The notes under the pieces are model-generated. The model saw only the letters and a program-made list of their open reading frames with translations. It made no database searches and was not told where the DNA came from. From NCBI GenBank assembly GCA_010909165.1, contig MU008167.1, positions 806,001 through 870,000 of the forward strand: a DNA stretch of 64,000 nucleotides, in the 5' to 3' direction. How positions within the stretch are numbered: the stretch's first letter is position 1; every line of letters begins with the position of its first letter. Shown piece by piece: positions 51,986 through 64,000 of this stretch. Source of the stretch: Anthoceros angustus (Eukaryota > Plantae > Anthocerotophyta). The position numbers and the translations under genes were made by a program.

Positions 51986-52858
51986 AAATGGAGAAACCTA
52001 GCCAAGTTGCCATCCTGTGAGATGTAGCCTGCTGGGTCCCGATCTTTGCCCTGCTTTGCGACCTACAACATCCCCACATCACAATACATCTCACGTTGTG
52101 AACCCCAGGATGAGTCAAAACGAATCTTTCACCTATTTTCTCGGTTAATAACTCATTTTTACACACATTTTTATCACATGATATCTGGCTGCTGCCTGCC
52201 TGCATACTTCAAGATTTTCAGCGGAGAAAACAAGCAACAGATTTTTTGGGTCGGTTTCAACCCGAGACAAGCACCCTGGTCTATGTGTGGGTTGCGAGGG
52301 CTGGGGCCAATGGGCCAAAGCTGGCTGTGGGCGGTCATGGAGAGGGCTGAAGTCGCGAGAGTTGGTGTAGGGCAGGTCACCCAGGTCACCGGGACACTTT
52401 TCCGTGCACTTAGATGCACAACATGTTACCGGCATGTTACCGGGCTCTTTTTGGAACTCGGGCCAACCGGAGTGTAACTTTGGCACTTCAATGATACCTA
52501 TAGAAAAATGCTGGGATGCAATCGTGGTTAGTTTTGCTCCATTTTTGCAAGCATGGAGGTGAGAGTTAGGTGGGTGCATGGAAATAGTTTTCCTCAATAA
52601 AATACCTTCTCAATTGACATAATCAACATAAGATCTTTGAGGATTCTTCCTCAAGACCATTCTCTAATCCCTGGAGCACAACTAAATAAAGCTCCTCCTT
52701 CTTTCTAATGTCTTGCATGAGCTTTCTTTTCGAAATTAACGGTACTGAGCTCCTCTCAGCTCTTGATTAAGACTAGCACAAACCACCTTGTGCTTTGCAT
52801 CCTTCAATATCTTTATGGTGCGGGGCTTCACATCTACACGCACTTCATTGGATTTCAT

Positions 52859-53250
52859 CTACTCCAAACCTAAGATGATATCATAGTCATCCATATCCAC
52901 AACTGTGAAACTCACATGTCTTTCCCACGTTGCTACTTGCAACACTACTCCATGCAATTCACCCAAGAATTGCAGAGTTCCTTTAGCTTGTTTAATTCCA
53001 TATGGCGCGGAAGTACTAGCCCATACTCGCCCAAGCTCCTTTGCCTTGAGGAGGTACTTCCTTAAATCCTTAAAATCCGCTGTACTTCCTAACCTTGAGA
53101 GCCGCCTCTCCGGTGGCAGCCCAACCAGGACGGCTAGTGATGACCTGAGTGGAGATGGTGTCGCAAGCACTGTCAGTAACCACCACGTTGGCCACCAAGA
53201 CCTCGTCACCGGGGACAAAGTACAAATCAGCCCTAATTGACCGATCTGTA
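52859..53250 (-). mobile_element. Ty3/gypsy pol remnant (protease C-terminus and RT N-terminus)
   Basis: GLPPERR, KDLRKYLLKAKELGRVWASTSAPYG and VSFTVVDMDDYDIILGLE. Flanking 52.0-53.7 kb is probably also retroelement-derived. Confidence 0.65.
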
Positions 53251-54791
53251 CGAAGAGTATACCCTTGTTTGGTTAGTTTAATAGGCTTTGCAAGTTAGGC
53301 CTGCCTTATAGCAAAGGCCTTGCGGGTACAAATCCTATGCATATGAATAGTAGCTTACGATCAGGTTTCAAGCAGCAGTCTACAGTCGAGAGGCCCAAGT
53401 GCATTTGCATGCACGAGACGACGTAATCACACGGCCTCCAAATGCTTAAGCGAAGGGTACGAGGACTCTTGGTGTTGAGGATGCCAAAGAGCTCCTTTAA
53501 CAAGATATCACAGACTCGTGTCCCATGATCTCACACCTCATCGGGTGAGCACCAGACTTCCCAACAAACCATCATTGGACTCGAACACAATGAGAGCATG
53601 GTTGAAAACGAAGGGCCACAGCCCATAACCATTTATTGATCTTGTTTGTGGGCCTTGAAGTCTGCTCCTTATAGTAGATCATGTTTCAAATCTCGATATG
53701 CATACGTAAGACTACAACCTCTTTCATTTCCCAAGGTTCTATTTTCCAAAAAGTGTGTAGATTGCCTATTCATATCCTAATTTTTGTTTCCCTTTTACAT
53801 GGTGGCTACATCACTTCCCACTACCATGCAGGTCTTTTCTCCTTAACAACACTTTCTATCGCAATATGGGTAATTCTAATCAAGCATGGAAAAGTATCCA
53901 AATAAGATATTGGGATATGTGAGAAACATCCATAGTTGAAATGAGGGGCCATTAATGGAGCCATGTGTGAGCCACTGTATGGAATGATAGTGTACAAGAT
54001 AGCGCAAGATAGCTTTACAGTAAGGAATGTAAAATGTATACAAAAGCACTTGCCGCACTACTACGAAAAATTCATCAGTTGCGACGATTGAAGCTATTTG
54101 GTCACACAACTGCAAATTCATCAACAACGATGAGCAAAGTTGTTTGGTCACACAACTATTGAGAGACAACCCTTGTTAGTGAAGCTCCAGGCATGGAGAA
54201 TGTAAACTATACATTTCACTCTACAACTCATGAAATGTTAAATAGAGTTGGTGGCGTGTTTTGAGGAGGCCTCCAAACCGTGTTTCCGAAGCGCTAGTAG
54301 TTCAAGCATTTATTTCCTTCAAGTCACAGCTCCTTCCACAATGCAAGACTTTCATGATACCGCCATTTGCAGCGTAGAAATGCTGCAAGTGGTGGTGCAC
54401 CATGAGTTGCACAACATAACCCACGTCTTCACTGCATCCTGGTATGTGCATTGTTGTAGCTTGGCATCAAGCTACAACAAAGCTACTGTATTGCGGCGGC
54501 ACTCGGGAGGTAGATTCATCTAGCAAGTGTGGCTGCGATTTAAATGCTATGATACTTTTTTCATAACATTAGGATATAGGCAATTTAGGCACACCCAAGA
54601 GTTTTCGATCTTGGAGTTTCGGTAGCTTGGGACCTATGGGCGCAAACTAATGCTAGTATTATATATGTGCACATTGTTCGTGTATAGTGAAGTGAAATAA
54701 ATATATTGAGACCGACAGTTCAGATAACTAGGTTTTAAAAATTATCAATCATCTTGAAAAGCTTCTGCACTTCGTTAATTTAAACAAAGTA

Positions 54792-54958
54792 CTTGAGTAT
54801 GATCAATATCGTTATATATTAAAACTATTAATCATCTCGGGAAAAACTGTAATTGGACTATATATGCTCTTGTGTTGGATCTATGAGTATGATCAATATT
54901 GACATATATTAAAACTATCCATCATCTCGAGAAAAAACTCTAATTGGACTATATATGC
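54792..54958. repeat. ~90-bp AT-rich direct duplication upstream of the subtilase
   Basis: GAGTATGATCAATAT...ATATATTAAAACTAT...TAATTGGACTATATATGC occurs twice. A 25-bp duplication lies at 55301-55350. Confidence 0.8.
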
Positions 54959-55382
54959 ATGCATACCTCTTGATTTAATTCATGTGAGGGAATTGCAGGT
55001 ATTTATCTTTGTAGTCAAACGTATTGTGATTAGGCTATATGTGCATGCATATTTCTAGTTTAAATTCATTTGAGGAAATTTATTTATCTACATACTCAAT
55101 CTTTTATGTTTATTGTGAAATTGATATGCCTCATGAAAATGCAATATTTTCATAGTTTCTTAGTGTCGCTTTGGTAAAATTTTTAGTCTATTTTCAAAAT
55201 TATTTTTCAATAGAATCTTGTCTAGAAATGTTGCTATGAACTATCACTTGTGAGTTTGGTCTAGTGTCTACTTTTAAGTCTACATCATGCATACTGTGAT
55301 CTGAATGAGTGATACCAACATGCTTCTGAATGAGTGATACTAACATGCTTCATTTTCAGATCTCTAACAAAAGAACGAAGAC

Positions 55383-58835
<3,453 letters not shown>

Positions 58836-58893
58836 TATTTACAGGTCCAGCAAGTTCAAGCAGCTTGCTGCAGGCCTTGAACAACGCAAACAT

Positions 58894-60972
58894 TGTTTGA
58901 TGTCCTTACGAGAACAATAGAACATGTAGGTGTTCATCTAGGGCAAAAAGAAAATGCAGTATTGACCACGTTGGGCTTGGGACACTTGATCTTCAGCTGT
59001 GCTTTGATTGTTTTTGAGCTTATTCCTAGGCCTGTAGCGTCTAGCGTAGGAACTTCCAGTCTTTGCCGGCGGATATCATTTGAGGCATTGTCAGTTGAAG
59101 GATTCACTGTCAGCCAAAGTTTGGCCCCATCACCGCCTACCAGCCCAATCCCACATGATAGCCCCGCAATCTAGGGTTTGGTACAACAATCACACTGTAA
59201 TTAGAGCTTGGCGCTCTCTCATGCTTTTTAATAAAAACCTAGCTGAGGCTATCAACATTGTGGCTTTTCTTCCCGTAAAACCTTTTCCTTGCACCCTCAC
59301 ATCGTATTAGAGCCAGGAGACATAAGGGAGGACATGAGAGCAAGCCGCTTGCTCAGTGACAAAGAAGAGCACCCAAGCGAGGGTCCGGAAGGGATGGCTT
59401 CCACCAACATTGCCCAGCCTGCAGCTCTCGTCGACAAGTGTGACGAGAGTTCGAAGAGCTTCCAGATGTGGAAACTCAAAATGCGGACCCTCCTGCCCCG
59501 GACGACCCATGGGAGACGGTTGCTATCGCTGAAGACAAGCATCCTGACTCAGGCAGGGAGTGGAGAGGGTTTAAAAAACTTGACAATTGCAACAAGGCTC
59601 TAGGGACAATCCTCATTTCACCTAAAGGACAACATTTCTTGTGGTAAGCAAAGCCTCAACCGCGTCGGAGGCTTGGAAGCTGTTCTGCTCAAAATATGAA
59701 GGTAAGAGCCGGATCACAAGGTTACATCTCAAACGAGAAGCCAGAAGCTCGATGAATTTGATCTTGCCATGACTCATTCGGAAAGCCTTCCAGACTCGTT
59801 CAAAAACTTCGCTCTCACGATCCTCAATCGACAAGACACTGGCAAGCGATCGGATGATGAATCGGAAGACGACTCAGATGCAATCAACTTTGATGAGGTG
59901 GCCACCCGTTTGCTAACCGAGGAGAGGAGGAGAGCTTGGAGAAAAACTCGAGCCAGTACCTCAAGTGGCGACAGCGCTATACACATCTCCGCGAATGCCA
60001 CAAACGCCTTGCCGCAGAGAGAGCTGGCAAAGAAGGGTGGTTCAGTGAGCAAGATTGGCGGACGCGAACCTATGGTTCGACTTTGACTCCCACGGGTGCA
60101 TGGTGAGAACCTTCATGACACATCATACTCAAGGGGGAGCGTGACGTAGACCTGTATAAGGTCTATGACCTTGGGCGTGCCCAATTTGCAGCGTCCAACC
60201 TCTGCGTGAAAGCTACTGCATCAGGCACTAGCAGCAAATTGCAAGTTGACAACACAAGGCTATGGCATTTGTGCATGGGCCACATTAGCTTGTGCAGACT
60301 CAAGTAGCTGAGTGGTGCTTAAAGCTTGGTGCTCGGCTTGGATGGCCTTGACGTTGTGAACAACGAAATTGGAGCGTGCACCGGGTGCATCCACAGGAAG
60401 CACCACAATAGCTCGCTCCCGAAACTAGGTGGAGTCACATGTGCACAAGACAACGTTAACCTAGGGCTCGTGATCTCAGACGTCCTGGACATGGGCAAGG
60501 ATGTCTTGTCCTTTGGGGGAAGCGATACGGAGTCACCTTGGGTTTGCTTCCTCAGCAAGAAGTCCGAGGTGCTTTCAGTCTTCAAGGAGTGGAAGACTCC
60601 GGTGGAAAACCAATATGAAATGAGGGTGAAGGTGCTGTGATGCGATAACGGAGGAGAACACCTTTCCCTTGAATTTTCCGAATTCTGCAGCGAACAAGGA
60701 ATTGCAAGGCAAACATCCATCCTATGCACACCTGAACAGAACGGGACAACACAGAGAAAGAACCGCACTCTGGTGGTGATGGCCATCGGGTATGCTGTAG
60801 CGATGAATTCTAGGCCGAAGCCGTGGCCACTGTGACATACCTTCTCAACCGAGCACCAACCAAGGCCCTCACCAATTCACCCCTTAGGAAGCTTGGAGCG
60901 GTCGGAGGCCTAACGTGAAGCACCTCCACGTATTTGGCTGCACGACATACGCACATGTGCCCAAGGAGCTTA
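58894..60972 (+). mobile_element. Truncated Ty1/copia retrotransposon (probable 5' LTR, PBS, gag, integrase)
   Basis: Putative LTR end CA at 59301 followed by TCGTATTAGAGCC (11/13 to the tRNA-Met PBS TGGTATCAGAGCC). Gag FQMWKLKMRTLL and SLPDSF..FDEVATRLLTEE. Integrase DNGGE, PEQNG and HVFGCTTYAHVP. LTR start tentative. Confidence 0.85.
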
Positions 60973-62180
60973 CACCAGTAGACAGGACATTTTTACAACG
61001 CAATCTTTCGACATATGTCGAATTGTACAGGTTGAAAAAACTTTCTATGTTGCATAAACAAAAAATAAAAAAATATTATATAAAATTTTAGTTGAAATGA
61101 TAGGGATTAATAAATATCATATGAACATATCGTATAGACCATTATGTCGTATAATTATTTGGTTGAAATGGTATAGATTAGTAAATTTCGAATGAATATG
61201 GACCATTATGTCGTATAATCATTTGGTAGAAACGATATGGATTAGTAAATGTCGTATGAACATGTCATATGGATCATTATTTCGTTCAATTATTTGGTTG
61301 AAATGATATCAATTAGTAAATATTGAATGAGCATATGGTATAGACCATTTCAATGTATAATCATTTGGTTGAAACCACATAGATAAGTAAAATATCATAT
61401 GAAAATATCGTATAAACTAGTAAAAAGTCATTTGAACATGTCGTATAAACCAGCAAAAAGTTGTTGCTACAAACGCTCCTCTCCTAGCGACCACCATTCT
61501 ACGGGAAGTCCTTGGTTCCTTATCCTCCTGTACTTGGAGGCTTCGTTTCCCGAGGGTTGACACCCAAAAGTGAAGTGAGCGGAAGCTCCTGCTACAATCC
61601 TCTATGTTTGTTGGAGTTTCTACTGGAATTCCTGTAACGCACACAAATTTGTTGGGTCCACAAAGGGTCTGGTTGTTGTTGGGTCTACGAAGGGTCTGGT
61701 TGCCACTGCAATCGATGCCAACATCCAAATATTTTGGGCAGGCATATGCACCCAAAAATTGGGAGGAGGATTGTAAGTTAGCTCATTGGCGGGCAAACAG
61801 AAGCACTCACAAATTGTGTTAGGAAGATTGCTAGATAATACATTGACCACCTTTTTTCTTTATGAGTGCAGGGCTTTCAATTACTTTGGCCCACTAATCT
61901 TGAGTTGATAGCATTCTTGCTGCTCTCGAGGTGAAGCATGGAATGACCAACTTGGAATGTCACAATGATCTATTGATGATCATAAATGAGAATGTTCTCC
62001 CACCCGGTTCAACTAACATGTCTACTTCTAGATACAAGAGCGAAAAGTGAATAGAAGATATAGGGTTTCCATGTGAGCAATTCCTCATGTGCAAGAAGGG
62101 TTCCATGCTTCTCATAAAAGAATTTGAATCTGTAGAGGAATGTCCCAAGTGTACAGCTCCAAGGTACAAGAAATGAAGTG
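60973..62180 (+). mobile_element. 5' part of a CACTA/EnSpm element with TnpD-like transposase remnant
   Basis: Copia integrase ends abruptly at CACCAGTAG (possible variant terminus), followed by subterminal tandem repeats. At ~61900-62175, ENVLPPG..SRYKSEK*IEDIGFPCEQFLMCKKG..EFESVEECPKCTAPRYK matches the CACTA transposase N-terminal Cys region. Confidence 0.7.
61089..61451. repeat. ~71-bp AT-rich tandem repeat, about 5 copies
   Basis: Units begin TGGTTGAAA and contain ATTAGTAAAT and GACCATTATGTCGTATAAT. Confidence 0.85.
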
Positions 62181-62271
62181 AACAGGAGACTTTATTATGA
62201 AAAAGAGATGGGAAACCCATCTACCCACGAGAAGAGGAACAACCCTTATGAGGGCACCAGACCATAGGGGA

Positions 62272-64000
62272 CTAACCCCCGTTGTTGCCAGTTTTGTAAC
62301 TGCCTATTGCACCAAGGATATCAAAATCGGGGATGCAAAAGGGCCTACCCACCACCGGTGCCAAAGAAACTGCCTGCCCTGCACTCGCCGTTGTCCTATA
62401 TACCGCGTTGGCCAATGCTCGGTGCAGGGCGATGTACACCCATTGTCTGTAGAAAGCCACGATACATGAAAGAGGGAGGCCAACCCCGTTCCTACGGCTG
62501 TGGTACTCCCTAGCACAGGTCTTAAGGAACGTAGAAAAGGCCTTGCCCACGGCCCCATAGATCTCGATGGCGAGGGGGATGAAGGCGTGCCCCTGCTGCA
62601 TGGGAGAGTACTTACGAACCTTTGCCGTGGCACATCCCTCCGCTGCCCACCCCGGAGGGTTGAGGATCACATGCTCACTGACGGAATCCCGAGTAGGGTC
62701 GGTGACAACCACATCTGTAACCGAAACCTGGTTCCTCTGGGCCAAAAAAAGGTTCGCCCGGAGGGAAACCCCATTAGGCAGAGTATAAGGGCGCTCCCTG
62801 TAAGGAAAGAAGCCTCCCTCCTTGGCCAACGAAAATATGACATCGCGAACAGCGTCATGTTTAGCAATGCACTGCCTGCCCACGGGACAACGAGCAAGGT
62901 GGGTACCCGAATCGTCGAGGAGCGCCCCACAGTTGCAAGCCTGGAGAGAGGAGGCCAAAAGCTCTGGATCCCCCAATTGGGAGAGATCACCGATATGTGC
63001 CAGGTCCTCCTCCAAAGCCGCATCCATGAATTCCTGTACGAAAATAAGGGGCCCCACTGGGACCCCTAAAACCCGCAAGCCCCGTGCAGAAACAATATCC
63101 CTCTGAGGATACTGAAGAGTTGGCACCTCGCCGGAGGGGGACCATACTCTGCACTTCGAAATCTTCACCTTCAGACCGAGGCGGGAGAGCTCCGAAGAGA
63201 ATAGATCAAAAGCCCCCTTGACCCGGTCACCAGGCCCCATGATATGGGTGTCGTCTGCCACCGAGGGATACAAAGAATCCCAAAAGGAGGAGGCAGTTAT
63301 GGACAAACCTCGGTAATGAGCCATGGCAAACAGAGTGGCCCCCAACGGATCCCCTTACCTAGTGCTAGCTGCTGAGGCCAACATCGATACCCCCTTGACA
63401 GCGGGCCCATGCTGATAGTAGAGATTTGAAGGGGACCCGTGAAAAGAGTGGACAAAAGGGATGAGGTTGGCTAGTAGCCCACCTGCAACCTTGAGCTCGT
63501 CAAAAATGGCCACCTTGGAGACTGTGTTAAAAGCATTTTCGACGTCCACCTGCAATGCCACAGGATGGGACTCCAAGATCGCCCTCACACTGAAAGCCAC
63601 GGACTCGCACCCCCCCGGAGTAGCTATGTCGAATTGGTGTGGGCTGAGTTGACCCTGTAATTGCTCCCAAAGTTGGATGGCAATGCTGCGACCAATTAAA
63701 CACAAAAACGCCTCCCCCACTATGGGAGAACCCTGAGGGTAGGCTTCTCCATAACCCATAGCCAACAAGCGACTGGCCCCTAACACTTGAGCAATCCGAA
63801 AGGAGGTCTCCCCCCTTGTCACCGCAGCCGCCAAAAGGAACAACTCCAAGAACCCACTAGAGCGATCCTCGGGCCGAAGACGGCCCTATCCAAGTAAAAG
63901 GACTCCTCAACGAAGTAGTCCCTGATGTCTGGCGAAATGGGGTCGCTCGACATCGGATGGAGGGCGTGAAGGGCCGAAAACACCACCTAGGGAGGAGAAG
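62272..64000 (-). mobile_element. CRE-clade non-LTR retrotransposon remnant (RT, CCHC finger, REL endonuclease), continuing beyond window end
   Basis: RT motifs HQFDIATPGGCE, QVDVENAFN, R*GDPLG (in-frame TAA at 63355-63357), VADDTHI and GLRVLGVP. C-terminal CNCG..THLARC..KHDAVRD, TDVVVTDP, KVRKY and FIPLAIEIYG. Confidence 0.85.

Noticed and set aside
63355-63357. TAA replacing CAA in the RT QGDP motif, resembling a U-to-C-correctable stop
   Set aside because: This is a nuclear TE, whereas U-to-C editing is organellar. C-to-T decay of a silenced element is the simpler explanation.

Overview
Nuclear DNA of a non-seed land plant. Short GT-AG introns, GC-rich exons and a DYW:KP/GRP-type editing factor fit a hornwort best; a lycophyte or fern is not excluded. 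Positions 1-16.3 kb are a compact block of conserved genes: PRIM2 (runs off the left end), an intronless BTB-SPRY gene, ABA4, the chloroplast P-class PPR CRP1, an ATG27/M6PR-like membrane protein and a CDPK. From about 17.3 kb on, the window is mostly nested, decayed transposons: two DUF7869/Sola-like DDE transposase remnants, a GC-rich repeat complex containing a 3.9-kb imperfect palindrome, a 9.2-kb element with CCCTA termini and a 3-bp TSD, CACTA remnants, gypsy and copia remnants, and a CRE-clade non-LTR element. Two host genes sit inside this TE field: a subtilase and a PLS-class PPR-E-DYW:KP (GRP) gene, which is a candidate U-to-C RNA-editing enzyme. The most striking observation is an OSB-type PDF (ssDNA-binding) motif at the N-terminus of that PPR protein. 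Its repeat array also shows a recent 720-bp tandem duplication and a recombinant L/P hybrid motif. Several duplicated segments differ mostly by small indels, so long-read consensus errors may explain some frameshifts and duplications. All homology calls come from motif recognition by eye; no searches were run.
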